Shown one piece after another: positions 18,817 to 28,511 of a stretch of 64,000 nucleotides of DNA. The stretch lies in IMG/VR virus record IMGVR_UViG_3300045974_000399, positions 1-64,000 of that record; one strand, written 5' to 3'. Every line of letters begins with the position of its first letter. Positions within the stretch are counted from its first letter, which is position 1. Origin of the DNA: a virus. The notes beneath the pieces were generated by a model that had not been told where the DNA came from, ran no database searches, and saw only the letters and a program-made list of their open reading frames with translations. Position numbers and translations under genes: made by a program.

Positions 18817-19565
18817 ATTGCAGATACTCGATAATAGCTACTGTAGATTCCAAAAGAAGTACCTGCTATGTTTATGGTCTTACCTGATTTGAACACGTAC
18901 TCACCAGAAACATTGAGAGTTATCTCAGCCTTGTGCAGATGCAAATCTAGGAGTGGATATGCTCCAGTACTTGGGTTAAGCTTAAGCTCCGTTATGTCCC
19001 TTAAAAGGTAGACTGAAGCAGCGCTATCAGAGGGACTAGATACAACCTCCAGAGAAACCTGACCAAGGGGGTCATACAGATTAAAATCCAGAGTTGTCGG
19101 ATAATTAGGGCTAGATACCCAAGCTTCTCTTGATCTGTAAGCTACTACCTCAAGGCCATCCCTACTAATGCACTTGGTTATCAAACGGCTTGCTAAACGA
19201 GACTGAAGAAATGCACACAGCGTATCTGGATCGCTGAAGTACAAGAGGTTTATGTCTGCGTGTCGGTATATTGTAACTCCGAGCAAGTCCGTGGTATCCA
19301 GTATTCCGAATGAGCTTAACTCAAGCTCAAACTTGCTCTTGTAAAAGGATAGATCTTTAGTCTCCTCGTAGTCAAAGCCCCTGAAGGTGAAATCCCTGGC
19401 AGTTATCAAGGATACACCTTCCCGAATATTATTGTAAAACGGCGTGGCATTCAGATTAACGTCCGTAAGGATAAGACCCGAGGGGTCACCCGCTATATCA
19501 GGTACAACCCGAATTAAGTCTGCCGTGCTAGCTGCATTCTTGTCTTTAACCATTAAGATCAACAT
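18813..19565 (-). CDS. hypothetical accessory protein of the fibre/radical SAM cluster
   Basis: 250 aa; AGGAGA RBS; stop overlaps the rSAM start by 4 nt. Confidence 0.7.
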   Translation of the reverse strand: MLILMVKDKNAASTADLIRVVPDIAGDPSGLILTDVNLNATPFYNNIREGVSLITARDFTFRGFDYEETKDLSFYKSKFELELSSFGILDTTDLLGVTIYRHADINLLYFSDPDTLCAFLQSRLASRLITKCISRDGLEVVAYRSREAWVSSPNYPTTLDFNLYDPLGQVSLEVVSSPSDSAASVYLLRDITELKLNPSTGAYPLLDLHLHKAEITLNVSGEYVFKSGKTINIAGTSFGIYSSYYRVSAI

Positions 19566-19592
19566 GTGTTTGTCTCCTAGAGAAGATTGACG

Positions 19593-21719
19593 TTACATCA
19601 TTCCTTGGCAGCAGCTATGCGGAGAATAAAACTGACAAGTGCAAGGACAGGTACAGGTACAAGTGCAAGTACATGAGCAAAACTGAACGTTAGGCGGGTT
19701 AGAGTCAGAATATGGAACATACACAGGATTACTCGGGTCCGAAGTAAACGTTAGCTTTAGTGCATTCCCCAGAATCATATCCTTAGCTGGAACCAGAACA
19801 TGGGCGGCAGCTGCATCCGTTTTATCGTATGCTAGTAAATTATACTGACCTGCCAATTTTTCAGCAGAAACCGGAGGGGCGATACCGTTCAAAGTAACTG
19901 TATTAGTTGCATTGTCCAGAGCTATGGTTAGGTAGCTACCTACAGCAATATTAAGAACATCCTCCGTGCCCTTGGCTATGATAGGTGTTTTACCTGGAGA
20001 GGCTATCGTTTTATACGCCAGCAACGTGCCGAGATTTGTTATGGTCATGGTTTTATTTACAGGGTCTGTTATTACAGCAACACCTGTACCACCATTTACT
20101 ACCAGAGTATCCTGTAAAGCATTCATGTTAATTTGACCCTGCGAAGCATAGGCAGGGGTACTATTCGAGACCGCAATAGAGTGAACGTTCTGAGTGGTGT
20201 TTGTAACCGTTATGGTCTCGGTAGCTGGATCTGTGGCTAAACCTATTCCCGGTCCAGCGCTAATTGCTCTCCGTGTTCCAACAATTCTACCCCAGGTAGA
20301 GTTACCTTCGTAGATAAGATAATCTCCAACGTTAAAGTGAACCCCACCCATTGTACCCTGAAGAGATATCTTCCAGTAGTGACCCTGACGAAGTTCAGTA
20401 AATATCGTGGTTGGTGTAGCGGGAGGATAAACTCCAGAGGAAGCGTCCCAAAGCCCTTTGTATAAGACATAGGGTAGCTCTGTGTTGTCAATCTTGTCCC
20501 ACAAGCCAGTTCCTTCGTATACCAGCCAGTCACCTGTTTGGTAAGCTACGTTATTCAAGACCCCACCTACAGCGATAACGTAGTAACTACCGGGTGTTAC
20601 TGCGTTGTTTGGATATCCTGCTGCGCCGGCATAAGTTCCATCTGGATTCTTGATATTCCAGCGACCTGCATATACCAAACCGGCAACGTGAGAGTAGGGC
20701 AATGACCAGATTATGATGTTTGATTTATCCGCCTCATTGTTAGCCGCCATGTTTACAACTTGGCTGGTGGGTATGATTGTTCCTGTTGTGGTTATCCCAC
20801 AAGGATCCGAACTTTCCGGGGTAGCACCTGTTGCACCCAGCAAAGATAAGGCTTCATACAGCACCTCAAACTTACCTGTAAGTGCACCTGAACTGTGATA
20901 CTTTATCGCCCGACATTGACCCTTACCTCGACCGGAATAGATATACATGAACGCCCAGTCAACAGAAATAAGTGGTGGCGGGGAGTCTACGATTAACGCA
21001 GAAAACAAGGTAAACGTATTGTGTACTCCGTCACCTGCCCCTGGAGAAGTTTCAGGAACGTCAGATGTAACACTCGTTACGGTACCCTGATATAGCAAGG
21101 AGCCATTCAAGAGACCCCAAGCTAGTGGGCCAGTATCAGACATTGCATACCGGGTAACGATTGCAGGATGAATCTTGGTATTCGTGGGAGAGTAATCCTT
21201 TGTTATCCCATGATTGACCACGTAGGCGTTACTTCCCGTCTTGGCAGGATGAGGAAGATCCCCATAGAAGTTGACTCGGGGTAAACTCATGGCCCAAGTC
21301 AGAGTCAAGTCAACTACTGAGCCCAAATAAGGAGATAATAAGACACAGTGCGTCTTATATATCTGACCAGGCTGCTTGACTATAGGCTCCGCGTAACAGG
21401 TAAGGGCAAAAAGTATCTGGACTCCAGCATTATTGGGGTCATCAATGTATAGACCGATTTCCCCAATAAACAAAGGACCTAGACCGGATGCGGTAACAGG
21501 TACAGTACATACAAAGTCCATTACCTCATCCGTTAAAACGTCTACTGTGCCTATTGTCCCCTCGTACACTATTTCCCCATGAAGTGCAGTGTCCTCTTTC
21601 ACAGGCGAGTAGTTTGTTCCGCTGCCTACCTTGAAGTTGAGTATCTGAAGCTTTATCTGCTTTGAGTTCGCATCAAGTATTCTTTCGTACCCGATGGCTG
21701 TTATCTGCATAGTGCTCAT
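19593..21719 (-). CDS. tail fibre protein with C-terminal alternating-Cys tail
   Basis: P2 gpH/DUF3751-like N-terminus (ITAIG..FKVGSG..IGEIGLY..LFA); duplicated YxGxW..GD[WY]L.YEG..W fibre repeats; ends CSCTCTCTCTCPCTCQFYSPHSCCQGMM. Confidence 0.85.
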   Translation of the reverse strand: MSTMQITAIGYERILDANSKQIKLQILNFKVGSGTNYSPVKEDTALHGEIVYEGTIGTVDVLTDEVMDFVCTVPVTASGLGPLFIGEIGLYIDDPNNAGVQILFALTCYAEPIVKQPGQIYKTHCVLLSPYLGSVVDLTLTWAMSLPRVNFYGDLPHPAKTGSNAYVVNHGITKDYSPTNTKIHPAIVTRYAMSDTGPLAWGLLNGSLLYQGTVTSVTSDVPETSPGAGDGVHNTFTLFSALIVDSPPPLISVDWAFMYIYSGRGKGQCRAIKYHSSGALTGKFEVLYEALSLLGATGATPESSDPCGITTTGTIIPTSQVVNMAANNEADKSNIIIWSLPYSHVAGLVYAGRWNIKNPDGTYAGAAGYPNNAVTPGSYYVIAVGGVLNNVAYQTGDWLVYEGTGLWDKIDNTELPYVLYKGLWDASSGVYPPATPTTIFTELRQGHYWKISLQGTMGGVHFNVGDYLIYEGNSTWGRIVGTRRAISAGPGIGLATDPATETITVTNTTQNVHSIAVSNSTPAYASQGQINMNALQDTLVVNGGTGVAVITDPVNKTMTITNLGTLLAYKTIASPGKTPIIAKGTEDVLNIAVGSYLTIALDNATNTVTLNGIAPPVSAEKLAGQYNLLAYDKTDAAAAHVLVPAKDMILGNALKLTFTSDPSNPVYVPYSDSNPPNVQFCSCTCTCTCTCPCTCQFYSPHSCCQGMM

Positions 21720-21747
21720 ACTGCTCTCCTTTTTGGTACGAAATTTC

Positions 21748-23586
21748 CTAGCCAAAATCCACTATTTTTCGAGACTTAACATCAGATAACTTTGCCACGT
21801 TTCTGCATAAATACTGGATAGTAACACCTTCTTCAATCTCAGAGCACTCAGGAGTAATTTCCACTAGTCTAGGTATCCCGAATATAACCGCGTTATAGTC
21901 AGGATATGGAGAGTACAAAACCATCTCAGAAGGAGCAAGCATGTAAAACATATCTACTACGCTCTTATCTAAAGGTAAATGCACAATATCATCTCGGGTA
22001 TATGGCCTAAGATGATTCCAGTAGCTACGATATGTAGCCGGTGTAGTTATACTTGATATGAGCGCCCAGGATGAGGGGTTAGTTGTAGGATACTGATTCG
22101 TAGACAATGCCCCTGATGCTACAGTGCACTTGTAAAATTTGCCCGAGGTCAACTCATACCTAGAGGTAGCATAAGGTTTTCCCGAGCCAACGTGAACTAT
22201 ATCTCCTATATTGTACGGAATGAAAGGGTTCCAGATACCTTTGTGGGCTGCGGCGTCCGCGTCGGTCCAAATCAGACTGGAGGATCTAACTGACCACTTA
22301 CTTAAGGTATCCGCGGGAGTAACATTGGGATTTATATGACCAATTCTAGGGTCTCCTGCGGTTAAGGTAGGATAGTGTAGATTAGACCCCATCATAAGAT
22401 ATATCGGTGCATAGTTTACAGTGCACACGTAGTCAATACCTGGGTCATTCTCATAAATTTCAGTCGTATAAATATTAGTTACAGGATTTACTGGTAGAGT
22501 CTCAGGACGATAAAATAGCAGATAATTGCGGGTGTATAACTGAGTCAGAGTCCACGTGTCTGTAGGATCGCGCTGTTTCAACAGGAAGTTCAACAACAGC
22601 ATGAATTTATCTGTGCCAGCCACAGACTTATACCTAGAAAGGTATATAACATAGTTAAGAAATGTTCCTGATAAAAGCCAGCTGAATTTGCTGAGGTCAA
22701 ATCCCAAAAGTTTAGAGGTACGTGAAACTATTTCTGGATGAGTATCAATGGTTATCTGCCTAAGCCTACCTAGCTCTACGATAGGCATATCTACCTGGTC
22801 AAGAAGTGTTTCATCCGAAGCGGAAATATAGTCGGCAATGAACGGAGAATCCTGCATCCAAGGGGGTGCTTGTTTCTTACGAAGCGGAATATACTCCCAC
22901 ACTTTAACGTATATATTCCAAGAAGTAACCGTAACAATAGAGTCTGGATCTACTCCACCTACAGAATCAGAGTCAACGCCACCAATGGAATCAACGCTTA
23001 CGGTTAAACTTGTTGGACTAGAAGAGGTTACAAATCCCTCAACAAAGGTCTTACTCTTTCCAGGTAGGGTACAGGAACAACGCACTCTTTCATTTACTGC
23101 TATTGTGTTCCCTGTAACTACAAACGTTAAACTACCATACCCGATATTATGAGAGGTCGAACTAGTTATTGGGGTGGTATAAAAATCCTTCCGAAAGGAA
23201 GCCGATGACTCATGCCGAGAAACGCACACAAAGTGTATATGACCATACAGAACAATCTCATTCTCAGAGTACAGATGTCTAAATATCCAAGGTCGAGGTA
23301 AATCCCAGGACAGTCTATTCCAGCGACGCGCTAAGAAATCGGTCTTAAATAGCGTACTCGGGTTATGCGCTATCACGCACTCATAAACTGAGTTGTCATA
23401 TTTTACATTTTGTCCCACCTGGTATAGTTTTGTCCATATAGCGGGGTTTGATTCTGGAGCTTTCCCAACATTACTTTCTACCGCTGTATATATGAATCCG
23501 CTCCGAAGTACTACTGCGTTTATCAGATACGCTGTGCCAATATTCCAGGGCGTAGTAATTCCAGGTTTCCATATGTCCGCTCGCAT
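21748..23586 (-). CDS. baseplate wedge/tail protein with CBM5/12-like repeats
   Basis: WxxxxxYxxG[DQ]xVxYxxxxYxC repeats; follows the gp6-like gene; GAGGA RBS. Confidence 0.65.
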   Translation of the reverse strand: MRADIWKPGITTPWNIGTAYLINAVVLRSGFIYTAVESNVGKAPESNPAIWTKLYQVGQNVKYDNSVYECVIAHNPSTLFKTDFLARRWNRLSWDLPRPWIFRHLYSENEIVLYGHIHFVCVSRHESSASFRKDFYTTPITSSTSHNIGYGSLTFVVTGNTIAVNERVRCSCTLPGKSKTFVEGFVTSSSPTSLTVSVDSIGGVDSDSVGGVDPDSIVTVTSWNIYVKVWEYIPLRKKQAPPWMQDSPFIADYISASDETLLDQVDMPIVELGRLRQITIDTHPEIVSRTSKLLGFDLSKFSWLLSGTFLNYVIYLSRYKSVAGTDKFMLLLNFLLKQRDPTDTWTLTQLYTRNYLLFYRPETLPVNPVTNIYTTEIYENDPGIDYVCTVNYAPIYLMMGSNLHYPTLTAGDPRIGHINPNVTPADTLSKWSVRSSSLIWTDADAAAHKGIWNPFIPYNIGDIVHVGSGKPYATSRYELTSGKFYKCTVASGALSTNQYPTTNPSSWALISSITTPATYRSYWNHLRPYTRDDIVHLPLDKSVVDMFYMLAPSEMVLYSPYPDYNAVIFGIPRLVEITPECSEIEEGVTIQYLCRNVAKLSDVKSRKIVDFG

Positions 23587-23596
23587 GGAGTTCCTC

Positions 23597-25549
23597 CTAG
23601 TTCGGAATAAGCTGTATTGAACCGTCAGCTCTAGTAACCTTAGTAAAGTTACCAGCCGCCTCCGAGGGGTCCACATAATTTACAGTATTCCGACTGGAGT
23701 AACCGGTTTCAATAACCAGATCACTACTGGAAACACTTATGTATGCGGGGGGTGTTGGTATGCCCGTTACGGGATGCACCGAAATTGGTATAGGGATAAA
23801 GTCAGACGCAGGTACTAAGTCACCCGCTGGAGTTGGGTCAAAAAACTCTATATAGTCAATTTCAGGAATACTTGTCTTAAGGATATTAGATATATCTGTG
23901 AGTGCTATTCGCTTATTCAATATCTGCTGGCTTGTGCTGAACACACTCAAAATAAAAGTTCTAGCACTAGCTGCAACCGTGGATAAATCTGTCCTCAAAA
24001 AGCACATTATCTTTACTTGTAACTTGCGGGCATCCTTTATAGGATTCTGAGGTTTAAGAATTGAACCCTTATACTTATACTGGTCAAACCAGGTTAGAAA
24101 CGCTGCCCACTCTGAGTTTGTCCAGTTTACGCCTGTATCAGAAAGAATACTCACCCATATTAGATTCATAAGCTTTGGGTGTGCATCTGTGGTTGTAAGG
24201 ATATAATCCACGGTCTCAACAGGATTTATTGGAGGCTCTGCGCTCTTATCCCAGAGTGGAATCATCATCTTAAGCAAGAGATCTCTTTCAAAGCGAATAC
24301 AGACATCTCCAACCCCTGGATACGATAAACAATATGCAATATGGTCATCTGTTGTAACTGCTCTACAATTAGCTTTGAAGAGCATTGAGGCAGTAGCTTT
24401 GTAATAGCGTGCCGGCCTTTCATCATGCCCTGTGGCAGTAGTAGTCAAAATCCAAGTGCCTGCAGCTAACAGTTTTGCCTTGAAGTTATTTACGATAGAT
24501 ACAGTAGCATCCCTGCCGGAAACATGAACAATGGTTCCTATTCCGACTCCAGTTACCTCTTCTATCTGAAGTCCGACAAAAGACTTAGACCAAATACTAC
24601 CAACAGGTAGATTAAATATTGGCAGCGCATCTGTGATTGAACTGATTTGAATAGATACGCTAGAAAGAGTCATACCCTCTGCGCTTTGCAGTACATTATC
24701 ACGAGTTACAAATCCCTTGACACCCTGTGGGGGTGTACTATTTAGGATAGCATTCAGAGTTACCGAGCTAAAGACCGAAGTAATTGGAGAACTGGCACCT
24801 AGGGTCTCAACATAAGTTATTTCTATGCTAGATCCATAAGCTGGTTTGGCACCATTTATTCCGTTACCAAATTGTAGTACAACGTCACCTGTCCCTAAGG
24901 TATCATCCACAAAAACAGTTGCGGAGGGGCCATAATTCCAAAGGCCGTCAATTATGCGTGTCCAAGTTACACCGCCAATTATCATCCTTATGTCTAAGTC
25001 TGAGATACTCATTGGAGATATAGCAGGTATCGACAACTGCTGAAAGTCTGTTCCATCGGAAACATAGTTTCTGTAGTATAGAGAACCTTGATGTATAAAT
25101 ACTTTATCAATTGCTGAAGTTGGATTACCTGAGATATCATTGGCAAAAGTTATCGGCGTTCGATTGAAGTAGTCAACACCAAGAACGTTAAACTGGGAGT
25201 ACTCAGGAATAGTTACAGTTCCGGTTATTGGAAGAGTATCCTGAGAAAACCTGTTAAGCGTTATAATTTGCGCTGCAGGAAGCTTACGCATTATCCTAAC
25301 ACCTAGCATCCGAGTAAGCGCATATATCGTGCTATCTCTATTTGCTGTGTCAAAAAAACCTTCCTTTAGTGACTGCTCGATAGACCACTGATTGTAGGTT
25401 CCAATTGCGCTGTTATGCTCAATCAGAGTTTCACCTGTAGACCCTTCGTTAAGATCAGTCCAAGAGTCTCTTTGCTTAAGGTCATCCTGAAGCGCAGCTA
25501 CATAGGATGTAAAATCTGCTTTTACGTTTATTAAATCCAGTTTTGGCAT
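23597..25549 (-). CDS. baseplate wedge protein (T4 gp6/baseplate J-like)
   Basis: DFxS..W.D..EGSTG..E.F.DTA; FGNGINGAKP; RAVTTDD. Confidence 0.88.
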   Translation of the reverse strand: MPKLDLINVKADFTSYVAALQDDLKQRDSWTDLNEGSTGETLIEHNSAIGTYNQWSIEQSLKEGFFDTANRDSTIYALTRMLGVRIMRKLPAAQIITLNRFSQDTLPITGTVTIPEYSQFNVLGVDYFNRTPITFANDISGNPTSAIDKVFIHQGSLYYRNYVSDGTDFQQLSIPAISPMSISDLDIRMIIGGVTWTRIIDGLWNYGPSATVFVDDTLGTGDVVLQFGNGINGAKPAYGSSIEITYVETLGASSPITSVFSSVTLNAILNSTPPQGVKGFVTRDNVLQSAEGMTLSSVSIQISSITDALPIFNLPVGSIWSKSFVGLQIEEVTGVGIGTIVHVSGRDATVSIVNNFKAKLLAAGTWILTTTATGHDERPARYYKATASMLFKANCRAVTTDDHIAYCLSYPGVGDVCIRFERDLLLKMMIPLWDKSAEPPINPVETVDYILTTTDAHPKLMNLIWVSILSDTGVNWTNSEWAAFLTWFDQYKYKGSILKPQNPIKDARKLQVKIMCFLRTDLSTVAASARTFILSVFSTSQQILNKRIALTDISNILKTSIPEIDYIEFFDPTPAGDLVPASDFIPIPISVHPVTGIPTPPAYISVSSSDLVIETGYSSRNTVNYVDPSEAAGNFTKVTRADGSIQLIPN

Positions 25550-25570
25550 CGGCTGTGCCTCCCTAAAGTA

Positions 25571-25948
25571 TTAGCTGCGCTTGAAAACCAAAGGAACTGT
25601 TGACTTAGAACCTGTAGCCATATTAACTATTACCAGCGATATATAATAAGCGCTATCGTCTTGAGATTCCACTACCGCAGTTTCATCTTCTACTACTTTA
25701 CCCCGTGGCTCATACTGCGCCGCGTACATCATTTCATCTTTGATGTAGGATGCTGTAAGAGCACAAACCGGCTGAAATAGAAGACTGATTATGTCGCACC
25801 CAAGATAATACTTGAAGGGACGGTCTCCCCTTAGGGTGCTAAACAAGTTTATAAAACTATTCAGAATGGCGCGGTCGTCTTCCAGTAAGATAACGTTAGA
25901 ATCGGCCCCAAAGAAAGTGTTGATATCCCTGTAAAGTGGCTTTGACAT
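25571..25948 (-). CDS. baseplate wedge protein (gp25-like)
   Basis: NLFSTLRGDRPF..LGC..LLF..YEPR motif. Confidence 0.9.
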   Translation of the reverse strand: MSKPLYRDINTFFGADSNVILLEDDRAILNSFINLFSTLRGDRPFKYYLGCDIISLLFQPVCALTASYIKDEMMYAAQYEPRGKVVEDETAVVESQDDSAYYISLVIVNMATGSKSTVPLVFKRS

Positions 25949-25959
25949 GTCTGTTACTC

Positions 25960-25968
25960 CCTAAATTA
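25960..25968 (-). promoter_or_regulatory. putative late promoter motif TAATTTAGG (abuts RBS)
   Basis: same motif as at 16240. Confidence 0.4.
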
Positions 25969-25985
25969 CATAATCTTCCGTACTC

Positions 25986-27824
25986 TTAAGGGCGTGGTAT
26001 CGGGGCGTCTGCTGCCTCTTTACCCTGGTTTATAACGGCAGTTAAGGTCTCGCCTCTGTAGGTAGCGGTTATAATATCCGTTCTAGGTACTCCTGCGATA
26101 GGCATGATTACGGTTCCCGGACAAGTGTAAAGTCCAGATCCAGAAATAGTACCACCTAGGCTACCCGACACAGACCAAGTTGTTCCTACAGGAGCCTGTA
26201 ATTGTAGTGTACGCCCAACCTCTACAAATGCACTAATAGGACTGAGCGTAAATTCTACTGCGGGAATAACTACGTAGGGGTTAACCACGGAAATAATATT
26301 TGTGTCTCTTGGACCTTCTAGCTCAGACATTCTGACGGTTTCATCCTGAGCTATGGGAGACGCATACTGGGTAAGCGGTAAATCATTCGGTACAATCATT
26401 ACCACTACCTCTACTTGTGCATAAGATATCTTGGTAGGATCTTTGTCACTGGTTATCTTTACCGTTACAATTTTTGCTACCCTTGGTGCGGTGTATAAAC
26501 CAGTATCACTTATTGTTCCAACATACCCGCTACCAGCTACTTCCCATAGAACCTTTTTGTTACCTGTACCTTCAACAACTGCAGTGAACTGATACTGCTC
26601 TCCGATGTTTACTTTAATGATACTTGGGTACACCTGAATGAATACTTCCTCTTCAGTCGGTTTTATAAGGGCCAGCTGCGTTGAATACGAAACAAGTAGG
26701 TTGGCGTATGTGGTGGCTTTTATTGTTACAAATTCTGATGCTGATAGATTGGGAGTAGCGGTATAGAATCCATCCGCGTCTATTGTTCCGGAGCCAACCA
26801 CACTCCATATAACTCGATTGTTTGTAGACCCACTGACATACGCATAAAACTGGATTGTCCCGTCTAGCATTACCGAGGAATTTTCTGGACTTATTGTCAA
26901 GGAAACAATTGCGTCACCCACACGATTACCCACTTCTGTCCCCGGGTAAATAAATCCGTCTGGATCGGGCACGTTTATCCCAATCTCAAGCTCAGGCGTA
27001 AACAAAGCTTGTAAGTCAGCATATCTACTATACATGGCGGAAGGGTCGACTCCAGTCATACAGGCGCAGAACCCACAAGTTGAAAGAAAGGGATTATCGG
27101 GAGGTCGATTTGCTTCTGATTGCAGACGTGTGAAGATACCCCCGGAGGCAGGTGGTAGCATAATCATATACCCGCCTGCAGCAGCAAGGTTACCCATGAA
27201 GGCATTGGCTGAGGCTAATGCAGAATGATTTGCACTCAAAGCAAGACCCGCCGTTTTGGATGCGTAGCTTATATCCGCCATAATCCCCGTTATGGCATTA
27301 GCCACGCTATCCATTGTGCCGCCTAAACCAGGCATAAGATCTCTAAGCGTGGCAGACAGCCAAATATCTGTTGTAATACTGGGCGGATTAGGTTTTGGCG
27401 GTTGTATCTTTGCCGTATTATTTATCCTGTCTGGCGGGCGAGCTATCTCTTTTACGATATCCAAAGAGGCCTTCATTTGAGCGTAGGTATCCAATAGAAC
27501 ATCGAACTCAGGGGCAATAAAAATGCTGCAAACGCCCGTCGAAAAACCAGAGTTGAGCGGGGCATTAGCAGCCATTTCTAAGCGTGACAGCCAGTTGCCA
27601 CGAGCAGGGGAAAGTCGGATAACGTAAAAGCCTGACGCTTCAAGTGCCGAGATTAAGGCTTCCATAGCTTGCATCTGAGCAGATATAGTTCCAAGCGCCA
27701 TGTCTAACACAGCTTTTAGCGCAACGAGTTTAAGCATCTCTTTAGACAAACCTGCTGATAGCGCATTTACAGAGGCTGCGACAGGACCAAGAGCTGCGGC
27801 TAGCGTTACAGAGGACCAGGGCAT
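25986..27824 (-). CDS. virion protein with duplicated N-terminal domain and three Ig-like (Big_2) domains
   Basis: repeated ISP..V..G..QF.A.V.G..N..V.W.V..GTI...G.YTAP units. Confidence 0.75.
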   Translation of the reverse strand: MPWSSVTLAAALGPVAASVNALSAGLSKEMLKLVALKAVLDMALGTISAQMQAMEALISALEASGFYVIRLSPARGNWLSRLEMAANAPLNSGFSTGVCSIFIAPEFDVLLDTYAQMKASLDIVKEIARPPDRINNTAKIQPPKPNPPSITTDIWLSATLRDLMPGLGGTMDSVANAITGIMADISYASKTAGLALSANHSALASANAFMGNLAAAGGYMIMLPPASGGIFTRLQSEANRPPDNPFLSTCGFCACMTGVDPSAMYSRYADLQALFTPELEIGINVPDPDGFIYPGTEVGNRVGDAIVSLTISPENSSVMLDGTIQFYAYVSGSTNNRVIWSVVGSGTIDADGFYTATPNLSASEFVTIKATTYANLLVSYSTQLALIKPTEEEVFIQVYPSIIKVNIGEQYQFTAVVEGTGNKKVLWEVAGSGYVGTISDTGLYTAPRVAKIVTVKITSDKDPTKISYAQVEVVVMIVPNDLPLTQYASPIAQDETVRMSELEGPRDTNIISVVNPYVVIPAVEFTLSPISAFVEVGRTLQLQAPVGTTWSVSGSLGGTISGSGLYTCPGTVIMPIAGVPRTDIITATYRGETLTAVINQGKEAADAPIPRP

Positions 27825-27838
27825 GTTATTGCTCCTTG

Positions 27839-28498
27839 TTAGGAAGAGACTTTTATTCCACCCTTTATCAAGGTGTCAATGTCTTCAACGGTTATAATAT
27901 AGAAGCTGCGTACTTGCAAGTCTACTTTAGCTGATATGGGATTGCCTTTACGGTCAAATATAGAATCATATGACTGGCTTATGCTGGTTATAACGCAGCT
28001 AGGAAGCCGAAAGAAATCTCCAAACTTTATGTCCACGCTAACCCCATTATCTGCAGTAGAGGTGGCCTGCTTCAAGGGTGAGAAGGGAGATTCAAGAGTT
28101 CCGATAGCGCTTACAGAAGGCAAAGCAATCTTCATCAACTGCTTTATTGGGTTTACTACCTCTATATCAGAGTCACTTTGCGCTTTGAAAATGAAAGGCA
28201 CAGTTAACTCTAACCCTGAAGTACCCTGCCATATCTGAGCGGTCATTACTTTTGCTTGAGTGGACTGCCCAAATATCGGGGCTAGCTTTGACACAAGCCC
28301 CGCTACCTGTCCTGCAGTTCCACCTAGCTTATTCATTTGTTCCTGGATGATACTCGCATACTGTGAAGCCCACTCTATAGTAAGATTAACCGAAAAGTTT
28401 TCAGGCATGGGAGTTTCTATCCTGACGGTATCACCAACCCTAGGTTTAGCCGTGAGCTTTATAAGATATCGAGGATTCGTTGGATTTATTGTGCTCAC
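27839..28498 (-). CDS. baseplate/tail-tube initiator protein
   Basis: position after tape-measure-like gene; CVITSISQSY..PISAKVDL C-terminus. Confidence 0.6.
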   Translation of the reverse strand: MSTINPTNPRYLIKLTAKPRVGDTVRIETPMPENFSVNLTIEWASQYASIIQEQMNKLGGTAGQVAGLVSKLAPIFGQSTQAKVMTAQIWQGTSGLELTVPFIFKAQSDSDIEVVNPIKQLMKIALPSVSAIGTLESPFSPLKQATSTADNGVSVDIKFGDFFRLPSCVITSISQSYDSIFDRKGNPISAKVDLQVRSFYIITVEDIDTLIKGGIKVSS

Positions 28499-28511
28499 CG
28501 TAATCTCTCCT

